DNA from: Mytilus edulis
Lineage: Eukaryota
DNA: 64,000 bases
Reading direction: 5' to 3'
Assembly (NCBI RefSeq): GCF_963676685.1
Contig: NC_092348.1
Location: 88,970,001-89,034,000 of the forward strand
Of this stretch, positions 27,104 through 41,779 are shown in pieces (within the stretch, counting starts at the first letter, position 1; every line of letters starts with the position of its first letter). Position numbers and translations under genes: made by a program. The notes under the pieces are model-generated. The model was not told the origin of the DNA. It saw nothing but the letters and a program-made list of their open reading frames with translations, and did not search any database.

Positions 27104-27253
27104 CTGATCATCTAATGGCAGTTCACAAAAACACGGTATATATTTTGCCCATTCTACAAGGACAAGTAATTGTTGTTTAATAGATTCACACACATCATCG
27201 GCAGTCGCTATAACCTTGTGTGTTAGGTCACACTGTCCAACGGGGGATGAGAT
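27104..27253 (-). CDS. HNF4: HNF4 exon (LBD start)
   Basis: Encodes [50 protein letters not shown]. Confidence 0.95.
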
Positions 27254-27296
27254 CTGAAAATTCAAACATACATGGTTATTTATACAGTTCTACATA

Positions 27297-27481
27297 CAGT
27301 CAAACTAGCATATAAAGGTCAAATCTAAGGACCAGAGAAAACTGACCTAATAAGAGAGATGATCTTTGAATAAAATGGATTTAAAATGCACAAGTATTAC
27401 AACATCCAATCAAGAAGAGGATGATCTGTTAAAACAGTTTTTTTTTTTTTAATAGAAATGATCTTTATTCAGGTTTGACTG
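27297..27481. mobile_element. Tc1/pogo-type MITE in an HNF4 intron
   Basis: TA-CAGTCAAAC...GTTTGACTG-TA. Confidence 0.6.
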
Positions 27482-27876
27482 TATTCATGCATATGTGAAG
27501 GTTATTCCCAAATTTTTACTTATTATAAAGTATTAGTTCTCTTCCTTTCATTCCTTATTCCCTCACTCAGAATCATACCGATTGATCATTAACTTTATAA
27601 TAACAGTTAAATATCATTTTGTTTTCTAAAAATTGTTTGTATCATCAGATTTTTTCTATCAACAAAATTACTGAGCCAAAAACAGCTCATGAATTATGGA
27701 AATATCATTTTAACAAAATGTCAACATTTTTTTTTCCAAATCCTAGTGACAAATCGGTCTAAAATTAGTCATTACCTATTCATTTTATCATGTGCTTTAT
27801 GTTATGGATCATCCTCATCATCTGATTGTTTTTTTAAACATTAAATAAGATTAAACATAACAATGTATGATCTCAC

Positions 27877-27992
27877 CTGTCTAGAGAGAATTTCAGCGTT
27901 TAACAGCGTACTGACGGAGAGTGAATTGTTTTGACTGGTATCTTCGTAACTGGTTCTTCTAACACTTATTCTGTCTCGTTCATTCTGTACAG
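27877..27992 (-). CDS. HNF4: HNF4 exon (T/A box, hinge)
   Basis: Encodes [39 protein letters not shown]. Confidence 0.95.
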
Positions 27993-28579
27993 CTGTCAAC
28001 AACAAAACAAAAAACTATTATAATCTTTTATTTTACAATGACCTTTTGAAAATCAGAAATACTGATCAAAGGTTGGTAGGAAAATGTTCAGTTTTAATAC
28101 TGACTTTATATCAATCTATAGAGACACCAAGTCATTTTGCAAGAGTAGTCAGAATTGGGAAAGGGGGTCTTTCTTTTCATTATTGTTTAATTTTTTAAGC
28201 CATTTTTTTTTTTCGATATTCTTTATATTTTGGTGTCCTGTTAATACTTTGGCCTATTATTTTTTTGAACCCTCTTTTCTGAATGTTTTTGCCCATTGTT
28301 CTCTATTCAGTAAACCCCATCCAGACCCTTATGCAAGCTATTTTAGATCAGGATATTGCTCTCCAAGAGTAATAATTCAAAATTTATAAAAAAAATCTTG
28401 TGTTAAATCATTTCCTTTGTAGTAAAACTTAAGACTTTTTAAAAGTTCAATTGTCACTCTATAATTGCATTCATTACAGTTGAATGAAGTTATATCAAAG
28501 CTTATGTTATAATATGAACTATGAACTAAATCGTTTAATTTTCTTGTCATGAAATATCATCCATCAGCAATCTGTTTTA

Positions 28580-28903
<324 letters not shown>

Positions 28904-29882
28904 TCATTTAATTATCCATTTCATATAAATTTCTTGTAGGACCAATCAGTAAGTCATTCAGGTACGACTGATTAATTGATATCTCCATTAGAATTCATAA
29001 TTATAAATCCTTGATACATTTTAGCTGCATTATCCTACGAAGAAGAAGAGAAAGATTGTATTACCATGAGTAAGCAACCCAACAATGTCAAACATTTAAA
29101 AGTTACCATCTGATAACCATGACAATACATATTTTGTCAACCACTCAGTGGATATTAATTGTTTCATCATTTAAATGTCAAAGATAAATTTAACATTTTA
29201 AGTCACTACAATAGAAACTTGGTTCTGAAAAAAATGTTCATTTAGTGTCGCTATGTATATACTTAAAATGCATTATGATATAGTTTTACAGTTCATTTTA
29301 CACCTATAATCATTTGTCAAATGTCACACTAAGATGTACATGGGTGTTATTTTAAAATATACTATTACTATACTTATAATGGTCACTCTAGTCATTACTA
29401 CTTAATCTGAGAGATGCAAAAAAATATCACTTACAGTTACTACTTATACCAGAGATTTGTCAAATCAAATATCTTATTTTCCTTTCTATAGTTCATTTTT
29501 TTATCTGTTTTCCATTAGAATAAATTAATAAAACTTATAGAATTTGATAATTTGGTGAAACAAATTATTTTAAAACATACTAAATGTGAAGTTTGAAAAA
29601 AAAATCTTTCCTAAACACTTACATATAGAATTTCTTTGATTTTCTTATTTATAACTTTATAACAAATAAACAGGCAAATAACATTTGCTTTTTAAAACAA
29701 TATAACAAGCAAATGTATTTCTTGTATCATTTTAATAAATACATGATTGATTCTATCATTTTATTTTAAATAAAAGTAAATCAAAAATAGTTCAAATCAA
29801 AATTAAATTTACTTTTTGATCTACAAAATTAAATAAAAATAAAACAAATGTACTAAAAGTACTTAAATAAAAATCCTCCTAC

Positions 29883-29955
29883 CTGGATCATAATAATAGT
29901 ACTCATGTTCCTGATGGACTGGTGCATAATGCTGTTCTAAATAAGAATATAGCAT
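29883..29955 (-). CDS. HNF4: HNF4 candidate proximal first coding exon (or 54-nt cassette 29883-29936)
   Basis: ATG at 29955 gives MLYSYLEQHYAPVHQEHEYYYYDP and a CAG|GTAGG phase-1 donor in frame with the DBD exon. TATA-like and GATA sites lie upstream. Confidence 0.6.
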
Positions 29956-30194
29956 AGTGCTAGTAAAGTCTTTACTACTGGTATGATTTTTTTCCACAAT
30001 TGAAAGAAGATTTTTATCTCTTAAAAGGAGAAGCAGTTCTATCTCTCAGAGCACCAAGAATGGAAAAAGAATTGGTATCAGGAACTACGGTTTAAATATC
30101 TTCTACCAAAGATTAAAACAAACAAATTAATCCCTGTCCCAACACAGAGATCCTCCCACTTTACATGTATATTCAGGTTTCTGTCACTCAAGGA

Positions 30195-30292
30195 GGGTCC
30201 TTATATATATACTATGTTATTTGCAACATTTGACAAGGTTTTATCTGGAGTTATCACCCTTTATCAGTTAATCTTCTATCTTATTGATAGTG
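30195..30292 (-). promoter_or_regulatory. Putative proximal HNF4 promoter (TATA plus GATA cluster)
   Basis: TATATAAG on - at ~30200-30207; five WGATAR sites within 30241-30290. Confidence 0.45.
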
Positions 30293-33109
30293 AATTATAT
30301 AGGAAAAAATCTGCCAGTGACAAAATCCCTGACTGGAATGTGTGGCTATCTATCTGGCCACTTCACACCCTTTAACCACATAAGTGGCAGTGCTAGTTTC
30401 GGTACAACCATGACCTTTACTTATATTCTGACACTCAAACAACCCACTTTTAGTCAGTACGGAAAACCCAGACAAATCGCAGAACTATTTGTCAATAGAT
30501 TATGCCATTCCCTTGTACTATCTACCAATCTTTAAAAAAAGTTGTAACACAAATTCTCATGTCAATCAACAGATAATCAATTTCAAATGTTTTCTGAAAA
30601 TGAAGTGGTGGACATGTTTTACCTAAATAGAACCTGTTTTGATACATGAAGTACCATTTTCATAACCAATAGAAAATACTAAAAACCACTTTTGAATTGA
30701 AGACTGGATCAGCATATTAGGAACAGGGGCATTAAGTCACAATTTTGGCTCATTAATCAACAAAATAAATATCATTTAATACCATCATTTTATAAAATAA
30801 TGGATAAATACAAACTGATGCAGGTTTCAATGTATATTTACTTGGAGGCAAAACCATTTATTTTCAAGTGACAGCACATTTTTTGTAGAAGTATTTAAAT
30901 GTGTAAATACATATTTTACCATTATTGGATGTGACTTGTACTTTTTCCAGAAAATTATTAACATTTTCTAATCACCACTTTACTAACTTTCTACTTAAAA
31001 AAAATGCATTTTATAAGGCCAAAAATTAGTGTGACAGCGATATAAGTTTAGGATCTTTATTTTTTCAAACTGCTTTTTATCTTTTTTTACATAAAAATGA
31101 ACATGTAAATGGCGTATTATTAATGCACCTTATTTCCTTACTTTTTTACATGCACATTACAATTGGGTTTAACTAAAGACCAAATATATTTGAAAATGGG
31201 CTCCAGGGACCTACTTTTATATTTTCAGACATTAACTTGTTACTTTCTATTGGCTTGTTATGTTTAAAAACTTACTAAAGTGAACAATCAATTTTTTACC
31301 TTAAATTTACTAATGTGTTATCATGTTACGATAAATTTGAAGAATTAAAACAATGATGGCAACTTTTTTTTTCTAAGAACAAGTAGTAAATTCACTGTAA
31401 ATTCAAATTATTATCTTGTTCTTGTTCTTGCACAATAATATAAATAGTTTTACTGGCATGACTGGTAATTCGAAAGAAGGGAAACAACTCATATAAAAAT
31501 GTTTTAGAGTTAAGTTCTCATCTCTCAGAACTGACCTGGTGAAATGCCTTTCTGAAAAATGTGAAAAAAAATTGTAAAAAGGTTCAAACTATTAGTTTTT
31601 ATGAAATACAGAGCTCAATGGTAATTTTAAGCAAGAACGTATATTAGTTATACGTCCTTGTTTTAAGTGAATGTTTTCTTTGACAAAATAAGGTATCATT
31701 GTGTTAGAGCATGACTAGTATATAAGTGAGGCATCACTGCAGATCAGATTGCAACTTAATACTGTAATGATATTCAATTTCTTACATTTTGTTGCAGTTG
31801 TATGTTTTGAAAATATTGCCTTCAACACAAAGATGTAAACAAAAGGTCAAAAATTAGATAGTGCAAGCCCAGTTTTACTTGGTGAACTTTTAAAAAAAAA
31901 TATTTTCTCCGTGTGAATTAACATATATAACCACAACAATGTTTACAAACAAACTATCTATCTTTCAAATGCTCAAAATACTACAACAATATACACTCCT
32001 GTTATAAATCTTCCCACTACGACCCAAAACCAACCAAACAAAATTTATTTTTTGCTCATTCAACAATATTTCACAACTAAATCAAGTATAAACCTTATAG
32101 AGATTGTCACACTTGAAACGGTCCTTCAGAAACAGATTAGCATTGATGAAGTATTATCAGAGTGGTGTTTGCATTTATCTCAGATCAGCTATAATACTGA
32201 TCAAAATACCTTTCATCTAGGTGAAGGAATTAACAGCTAGTTATCCCAACACAGGTGTTACAAAAATCACTGTCCAGTGGTCATCTATAAATGTCCAGCC
32301 ATTTTCCCAGGATTGCACCTTCACAGAATATAACTTAATATTTGTTACTCCTCAAAATATCTGTATGTCATGATCTTTCCATCAATAATCAGTCTAGTGA
32401 TAATTGAAATACAAAAAAAACTTCTCAATCTGAATATCTTTTTCTTCCAATCATATTTTTCAGCAATCTTAAGAAACACATCAATTATATTAGGAGAAAA
32501 TCAATTACAGGTTTAAAGACTCAGTCAACTAGAACATAATTATGGAACCCTTTATTGTAATTCTCACCTAAAATAGTATTGCATAAATGTATGTAACCTA
32601 TATAAACTCTCACATTTAATGAAGTGACATTGTCCATAAATTAAATACACCAACCATACTAACTTTATGACATATATAACTTTTCCTGTATTATTCATGT
32701 CTTTCCATAATCTGGTTTTATTTAACCCCCCTTTTTCTCCCTTTCCCCCCCTTTTTATGTATGATAACAGTGAGGATCAGTTATCATTCTTCACAAAGAT
32801 CAATGCATAGAATTACTTGTGAATGTGCAAACCATGAAAAAATGTCTGGTAAATGCACAATTACCATTAACGTGAAACTTTTATTGAGAATATTATTGGC
32901 AAAATGCAACACTAATTAAGGTACTTCAAATTTTGCACAAGTCCAATCAAATTTGGTTTGGACCCAATAAAAGTTCTTTTTTCAAGTATAAAGAAAGAAC
33001 AGAAATAAAGTTTATAGCTTGTTATAATTCATGAGATCTTTGTGTAATTTACTTTCGTTTTGATGTTTATTATTGGACCGATATCTCAAGTTCATCTATC
33101 TAAACCATA

Positions 33110-33470
33110 CCCTTTCTTTTCAGTGTTCTTTATTGGAACAAATTCTCATGTACATTTGCCCAATATCTTTTCTTTTCAGTGTTCCTTATTGGAACAATAT
33201 CTCATGTACATTTGCCCAATATCTTTTCTTTTCAGTGTTCCTTATTGGAACAATATCTCATGTACATTTGCCCAATATCTTTTCTTTTCAGTGTTCCTTA
33301 TTGGAACAATATCTCATGTACATTTGCCCAATATCTTTTCTTTTCAGTGTTCCTTATTGGAACAATATCTCATGTACATTTCAGTGTGCCCTTTCTTTTT
33401 ATTGTTCCTTATTGGAACAATATCTCATGTACATTTGCCCAATATCTTTTCTTTTCAGTGTTCTTTATTG
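33110..33470. repeat. 56-bp minisatellite, ~6 copies
   Basis: Unit CAGTGTTCCTTATTGGAACAATATCTCATGTACATTTGCCCAATATCTTTTCTTTT. Confidence 0.95.
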
Positions 33471-36319
33471 CACCGAATGTCCCGTGCATATCTATCCTAA
33501 GCCTTTCTCTTACTATTCTTAATAATGGAAGTGGTGACCCCTTTCTACATTTCTTAGACTTTAATATTAAATTTCTATATTGTTGAGAGACAACCTGAAA
33601 ATTCACAATTTTTAAATATGAACATACCTAAAATATATGTTATTCCTTCAAAATTCATGATTTACAGCCAAAACTTAACAAATCACATCTAAACCTCAAA
33701 ACTGCAAATATGAAAGTAACGTGTATTTAGAAAATGGTAACATCTAAATTAGGTTATTGTCCTTGATGATAATTAATCACTCCAGGTAGAAATGCTGAGG
33801 TGAAAACGATTACAAATTATCATTTGGACTTTGACTAATTATTGTCACAATACTATATATAGTAAATATAGATAGATAGCAAAGGGGGACAACTTCATCG
33901 TTTTATCAAATAATGCATTTGACATCTGATAATGAATGCATATTGCACTATGCTGGGTTCAAAAACAAGGACATCTGCACAAAAAAAGTAGTTCTTTAAC
34001 TGATATAATATCAAATTATTAAGTACAAGTACTTTTAATTACATAACCAAAAATTTTAAATCAATTATAATATAAAAAAAATAAATCACCATGAAGTTAT
34101 GATCAAATTTTTACATCAATCAATTAAACATAATTTCTTTTTTTCACTGGATATAAGGCAACCAACACACAATTAATCAATCAATCATTTCTTTTTTTAT
34201 TGAAATATCAAAAAAGCAATAAATAAAACTTCTGTGACCTAATATCTCAATTACCGTTAAGTGTAGAGTATCAAAACAACAGACTCTAGAACATATTATG
34301 TTTGCCTTCCTGCAGCCCTTTCTACATTTTTATGACAGGTTACCTAATCTGTGGTAAGATATCCTGTTTCTTAGACAATTACAACCAACCAAAAGAAGTG
34401 AAATCAAATATATAAACCAGGCAATTTGGGGGGAAATTTTACTGTCTTCTGATGATTTAGACATGCATAGAAGGCATTGAACAGTAATTTTTCCCTCAAA
34501 ATTGCTCTGATTAAAGCCTTGATTTTACTTAGTTACTTTGCTCTTGCTTGACCAAGTACCAGAATGTTAAACCACAATGAAGGTAACCTGTCGAAAAAAA
34601 TAAAATTCAGAGTTAAAAGTTGGTAATATGAAAAAAGTCTATTGAATGCTTACCAATTTTATTTAAAATTAAATTTAAAAATAATGAACAAATCATCTGT
34701 TTAAATTATCAATTTTTGGGATGAGGGCTGTGCATCTTTCTAAATTCTATAATGAACAAACAAATAATACACTTGAACTAAAATACAACATGATTCTCTC
34801 TTTCTTCAAATGTCATAATATTTATTTATTTTGACATATTACAACATATTAATCCAATTATCTGGGTGTCATCATTTCAAATTTCAAAACAATTGTCACT
34901 TTTGATGCCACAAGTATTCACACTACCATGGGAAAAATTTAATAAAGATAAATCACACATAATTATTTACAATAATATACACTATCAAAAAATTGATATC
35001 TGATGACCCTCTATCAGGTTTTATCAAAATCTAACTGTTAATAAGATAAGAGGGGAAGAGAACAAACAGTAGTCACAAGGGGAGATAAGCTAGTTATCTC
35101 CCTTTATATAAATCTACAGAGTATTAATTGTACTTAAATGTTTTGCTATCAAATTAATACTCCAAAAGTGATTTAATTTTCCTTTTTTTTCCCTTTGATG
35201 TTTAATTCAAATTCAAGCTACAAAAAAATGAGATTGACAAACATTTCCTGTTTTGGCTTTAGTTTTTGTGGTCCATTAATTATAAAATTCTAAACATAAA
35301 TCTGACTGCCAGAAACTGACCATGTAATGATATGCTTAGTTCAAATTATAATTTTTTTTAATGGCATCCGTTAATTCAACCCTTATTCATGTCTTTTGGG
35401 GGTAAGTTCTTCTGTAAAATGCATGTAATTTATAGCATCTTAATGGGTGGTTTGATAGAGATGTTTCAAGGCCATATTAATGTCATTAATGATAATTCTA
35501 CCTCAAGTAGATCCTATTCTTAAAGTATGCTTCCTACCCATGATAAAATCTATGTTTATGCATCAGCATTTTCTTTCTTTATTTTTTTCATAAATTAAAA
35601 GTGCCAAGATTTTAGATAAAAGGTACTGTTAAAGCATTAATATTTTTCTCTTTTACAGTTTCATAAATTTAAAGTACATAAGATATGACAAAAAAGTTGT
35701 GAAATTTGACAGTGGCCTGGATAATAGTTGAGCAACGTTTTACATCATGTAAGAACATGTTGACGTGCAGGCACTCAGATGGATGGTACAGCTTCTGACA
35801 ATAAGATAGGGGGAGATAACTCATATCGACAAATTGATAACAAGATAGAACAATGTCCAAAAATTATTTATCTGACTTATTTATTTATTTATTCGGTAAT
35901 CTTTTGTAAATATTGGTTTATTTATTTTACATATTTAACAAAATTTACATAAGCAATCATAATTCACAGAAACTTGATTAATAAAATAACATTTATCTAC
36001 ATATATAATAATTATGATTGTAATAATAAGTCGCAGTTAAAAAAAACAATAACTATAAATCACATGGATGTCCTAAAAATATATATTTAAATAAATTTTA
36101 TTGGTTGTTAAAGCTGTTTAAAGTTTAAGCTGTATGTTTCTCATTTATTCATATAAACATTTTGTCAGTATATAGGGAATTCTTTAAACATTTCATCCAT
36201 TGTGGATTTAACAGTTCCAATCTCAATATTTTTTTAAACTAGATTATGTGTCCATAAAAAACAGATGTTTTTATCTTAAATTGTTATTTCCTACATTCAA
36301 ATTAGAGATAAAAAAAAAA

Positions 36320-36672
36320 AATGTGTTCAAAGTACACGGATGCCCCATCCGCACTATCATTTTCTATGTTCAGTGGACCGTGAAAATGGGATAAAATCTC
36401 TAATTTGGCAATAAAATTAGAAAGATCATATCACAGGGAACATGTTAACTAAGTTTCAAGTTGATCAGACTTCAACTTCATCAAAAACTACTTTGACCAA
36501 AAACTTTAACCAAAACTTTAACCTGAAACAGGACGAACGGACGAACGAACAAACGAATGAACGGACAGATGGACGCACAGACCAGAAAAAAACTGACGAA
36601 TGAACAGACAAATGAACAGACGGACGGACACACAGACAAGAAAAAATAATGCCAATAAATGGGGCATAAAAA
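36320..36672 (-). mobile_element. HINE-like element with (CGTT/CGTC)n microsatellite; related fragments at 42630-42785 and 14575-14640
   Basis: TTTTATGCCCCATTTAT terminus, tetranucleotide tract, internal sequence shared with 42630-42785. Confidence 0.5.
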
Positions 36673-38911
36673 CAACATTGCAAATGGGAAAATATCATTC
36701 TCTAATTTTTGCTGATTTATGTTGTCCCAAAGCATTTTTTTTTTACACTTGTGGTTTGTGTGATCTCAGTTCCTCATTGGTCAAAATTACGATGTAAATT
36801 TTCTTGCTCTCCCCTGAATTTGCTTTTCTGACTATAGTAATGATGTTGTCCACTCTTCAGTTGTCTTATCTTATACTGGGCTAAAAATACTGACACACAA
36901 GAAAGAAAAAGCCTAACACGCCTGAAGATGTGTCACAAATAGAGTATGGTCTTTTTGTACATCTAAAACAAATAAACATGAAGTTTTCAGACATATCCTC
37001 TAAAAATCTTACTTGATATATATGTCTTCAACATGGACATTTTAAAATTTTTTAATAATTATATTAAGGACTCCATTTGAAATTTAACAATTTAACTGTG
37101 AAAAAGAAAAAGATTATTCATATCATTCAATGCAGAGGTAGAGATAATATTTCTATTGCAACACTGTTTATAACCTTCATTTTGATTGGACAGCACCAGA
37201 AATATTAGAGGATTGATTCCATTATTGACGAACTGAAATTGAGCATAAAAGCACAAATGTTATACATTGTTGTAAAATTTTCTTTCAAGCGCATAAGAAT
37301 TTATATACAGTATTGTATTTTAAAATTTTGCACGCATCAATTTTTTATTTGATGGTCACTGTTTACATGTATGTCACCACTTACTAAATTTGCGACCATC
37401 AATGCGACCATTGATGCTTTCAAATCTTTAAATTCAATACTGTAACCAACTTATCTTCACGAATACTTTGTTTCTCTTTTTACCCTTTCTAGTCCACTTA
37501 GCATCTAATTAATTTGTCATTTTCTTGATGTTGTATTTATAGGAAAGATACAAGTTTTACATATTTGCACCGATTTGTTTTTGCGTCATTTTTCTACTTG
37601 CGAAGTCGCAACAATAAATTGCTAGCGAAAATAAGTAGGTTTAAAGTCTAACAGAACATAATTTAAAAAAATATCAAATAATGAAGAATTCTAGCCAGCA
37701 TTCAATTATTTGAAGATTTTTTTCATCATGAACTTTACATTATCTGATATACATGTAATATTGCAAATAAAATTCAAAAAGTTTTCTGGAGATTGTTTAT
37801 TAAAATATGTAACCGAACTATAATATTTTAGGTCAGCAAAAATAAATTTTAGTAGTTGAAAATTGACAATCAGAACTCATTTTTAAAAAGTTGCTGAAAT
37901 ATAATTATTTTTAAAATGTCAACTAAACAGATTTTACAAGAAAGCTATGGTCCTTTATCATAGGGAACAAAATAACAATCTGCCCTTATATCCTGCTGTC
38001 ATGAATATGGAGAACAATATTTTACAATAAAATTCCCTTTATATATTGATGGCATTTGAAAAACCCAAAATTGGTTTACAAACAAAAAAGTAAAAACATT
38101 TGTGTAATTTTTTTTTACCTTTCTACCATATTTGAATTCATAAGCAGTAAAACTAAATCCCAAAATATGACTTGATGTACTGAAAATACTATACTAATAT
38201 TTTGATTATTATAATTTTAATTAATATATAGATATTAACTTTGTACATTAACCCTGGGCTGATGAGGAACAAATTTCACAATGGATACCAAAGTCTAGAC
38301 TGGCAATTATCAAAGTCAAACTAGATAACCTGTGTAGTTTGATCAGTCTGTTAATTACAGGTAATAATTACAGGTAATAATTACAGGTAAAACATTGATA
38401 GGATTGATAATTAATTGAATTTTGGTCATGTGTATTCTTAATATGCAACTCATAAGCATCAGTTGATGAACATTTCCATGTAGATGCTCTCAGAATGAAA
38501 TCTGACGTATTGACACCAAGATAACAAAACAAACATACATATCTATGTAGTAACCATCCACTATTTTTATGAATTAGATAACATAAATTTATTTCCTTTT
38601 AAACTGCTTTTCTACAAAACTTTGTGCAGTTTCTTGTTTTCTTTTTTATTCTCAGTGGTGGATACAGAAGTTTTCCCAAAGGGTGACCACTGACTGTCTA
38701 AGAGGGGGCTTACTCCAGTCATGCTTCAGTGAGTCCCTATATTATCAAACAACAATAGAGGGGGCCTGGGCACCCTGAGCCCACCATTAAATCCCCGTCT
38801 GTACACTTCCATCTTTTAGACAGGCGAGTTATGTCTTTCTTTGTAAATTTAGGAAATTTTGCAATGTTTCTATTTTTGTAGAAAATATAACATATTAGAA
38901 TGCATCAATTT

Positions 38912-39056
38912 CATTATTTGGGCACATCCTAGAAACTTTAAATCCCCATTATTTGGGCACATCCTAGCAACTTAAAATCACCATTATTTGGGCACATCCT
39001 AGCAACTTTAAATCCCCATTATTTGGGCACATCCTAGCAACTTAAAATCCCCATTT
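38912..39056. repeat. 35-bp tandem repeat x4
   Basis: Unit CATTATTTGGGCACATCCTAGCAACTTTAAATCCC. Confidence 0.9.
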
Positions 39057-39540
39057 TGAGTTTCCTTTTGGCATTTAGAATACTTTAACACACCAAAATA
39101 ATTTTAAACATGTGAAAATAATGAAAAAAATAATATTTCTCACCACTGGAATTTCTCAAGCATTTTTTTTTTATTTCAACAGAAGTGAAATTAAACAATA
39201 AATTGTACAAAAACAATTGAACAATATGACTAGGAAATGAAAAATATGAATTGTCATAATTATTAATTTCCTATTTAACCATTTAAATAGATCATTGTTT
39301 AAAAATTTAGATTCACTTAATTACCACTTATAAAAAAAACTTAAGGAAATTTCTCACGCAACTAAATTTAGTCAATAATCATTAAATTAATTTTGGTATC
39401 ACTGGGCCTACTCGTGTCTCTACTTTCAATCTAAATTTAGTTTACAACCCCCTCATATCTTTCTAAATTCAATCAAGTCACCAAAGTGGTACGTGCAGGC
39501 ACACTTTCATATAGATTTTTTTTTTGAAGTGTGCCAAATA

Positions 39541-39748
39541 CTGTGGATTTATTAAGTTTTCTTTGGACACTACTTTTTGATGATTTCAGGGGTAATGGGG
39601 AACCTCGATTTTAAATGTTCAACTAATTACAAATTTGTAAAGGAATGTATGCAGAATATGTTAAAACCACAAAATTAAATTTCAACAAATATGCAAGTTT
39701 TCCTCAAATCACAAAATTAGATATCATTGAAAATAAATGAATCCACAG
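39541..39748. mobile_element. Tc1/mariner-type MITE
   Basis: TA-CTGTGGATT...AATCCACAG-TA. Confidence 0.65.
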
Positions 39749-39828
39749 TACTGGTAGATAGCCATCATGAAAAGTTGATGATGTGTCTGTATGACAATGG
39801 TTTCCCTGCCTACACTAGTTGGAGAACA

Positions 39829-41643
39829 AAACTGGACACAGTGACCAATTTTACAGCCAAACAAGAAATCAGACAAAATACTGGACAGTGATAAATGTTA
39901 CAGCCAAACAAGAAATCAGACAAAATACTGGACAGTGATAAATGTTACAGCCAAACAAGAAATCAGACAAAATACTGGACAGTGATAAATGTTACAGCCA
40001 AACAAGAAATCAGACAAAATACTGGACAGTGATAAATGTTACAGCCAAACAAGAAATCAGACAATAAACTGGACACAGTGACCAATGTTACAGCCAAACA
40101 AGAAATCAGACAATAAACTGGACACAGTGACCAATGTTACAGCCAAACAAGAATTCAGACAATAAACTGGACACAATGACCAATGTTACAGCCAAACAAG
40201 AAATCAGACAATAAACTGGACACAGTGACCAATGTTTCAGCCAAAAAAGAAATCAGACAAAATACTGGACATTGTGACCAATGTTTCAGCCAAACAAGAA
40301 ATCAGAAAATAAACTGGACACAGTGACCAATGTTTCAGCCAAAAAAGAAATCAGACAATAAACTGGACACAGTGACCAATGTTTCAGCCAAACAAGAAAT
40401 CAGACAATAAAAGTGGACACAGTGACCAATGTTTCAGCCAAACAAGAAATCAGACAATAAACTGGACACAGTGACCAATGTTTCAGCCAAACAAGAAATC
40501 AGACAAAAAACTGGACATAGTGATCAATGTTTCAGCCAAACAAGAAATCAGAAAATAAACTGGACACAGTGACCAATGTTTCAGGCAAACAAGAAATCAG
40601 ACAATAAACTGGACACAGTGACCAATGTTTCAGCCAAACAAGAAATCAGACAATAAAAGTGACCAATGTTTCAGCCAAACAAGAAATCAGACAATAAACT
40701 GGACACAGTGACCAATGTTTCAGCCAAACAAGAATCAGACAAAATACTGGACAGTGATAAATGTTACAGCCAAACAAGAAATCAGACAAAATACTGGACA
40801 GTGATAAATGTTACAGCCAAACAAGAAATCAGACAAAATACTGGTCAGTGATAAATGTTACAGTCAAACAAGAAATCAGACAATAAACTGGACACAGTGA
40901 CCAATGTTACAGCCAAACAAGAAATCAGACAATAAACTGGACACAGTGACCAATGTAACAGCCAAACAAGAATTCAGACAATAAACTGGACACAATGACC
41001 AATGTTACAGCCAAACAAGAAATCAGACAATAAACTGGACTAGTGACCAATGTTTCAGCCAAACAAGAAATCAGACAAAATACTGGACATCGTGACCAAT
41101 GTTTCAGCCAAACAAAAAATCAGACAATAAACTGGACACAGTGACCAATGTTTCAGCCAAAAAAGAAATCAGACAATAAACTGGACACAGTGACCAATGT
41201 TTCAGCCAAACAAGAAATCAGACAATAAAAGTGGACACAGTGACCAATGTTTCAGCCAAACAAGAAATCAGACAATAAACTGGACACAGTGACCAATGTT
41301 TCAGCCAAACAAGAAATCAGACAAAAAACTGGACATAGTGATCAATGTTTCAGCCAAACAAGAAATCAGACAATAAACTGGACACAGTGACCAATGTTTC
41401 AGCCAAAAAAGAAATCAGACAATAAACTGGACACAGTGACCAATGTTTCAGCCAAACAAGAAATCAGACAATAAAAGTGGACACAGTGACCAATGTTTCA
41501 GCCAAACAAGAAATCAGACAATAAACTGGACACAGTGACCAATGTTTCAGCCAAACAAGAATCAGACAATAAACTGGACATAGTGACCAATGTTTCAGCC
41601 AAACAAGAAATCAGACAAAAAACTGGATATAGTGATCAATGTC
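39829..41643. repeat. 47/49-bp minisatellite, ~37 copies, with higher-order structure
   Basis: Unit AATAAACTGGACACAGTGACCAATGTTTCAGCCAAACAAGAAATCAGAC plus a 47-bp variant. Confidence 0.95.
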
Positions 41644-41779
41644 TCTAACCAGTATTGCACCAGACAAGAGATCTGGTGCATAACTAATGCAATCTAATAG
41701 ATAAATTGACAAAAATATGATCTACACATGTTGGATTATTATCAGTAAGGTGAATTTATGGTGTAAAAAAAAATCAGTA

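Noticed and set aside
33060-33586. Three overlapping 135-149-aa ORFs
   Set aside because: Artefacts of a stop-poor 56-bp tandem repeat; the same peptide cycles through the frames.
39829-41643. Regular short repeats (also 16428-17352 and 33110-33470) as CRISPR arrays
   Set aside because: Head-to-tail units with no unique spacers, no cas genes and a eukaryotic intron/exon context: these are minisatellites.
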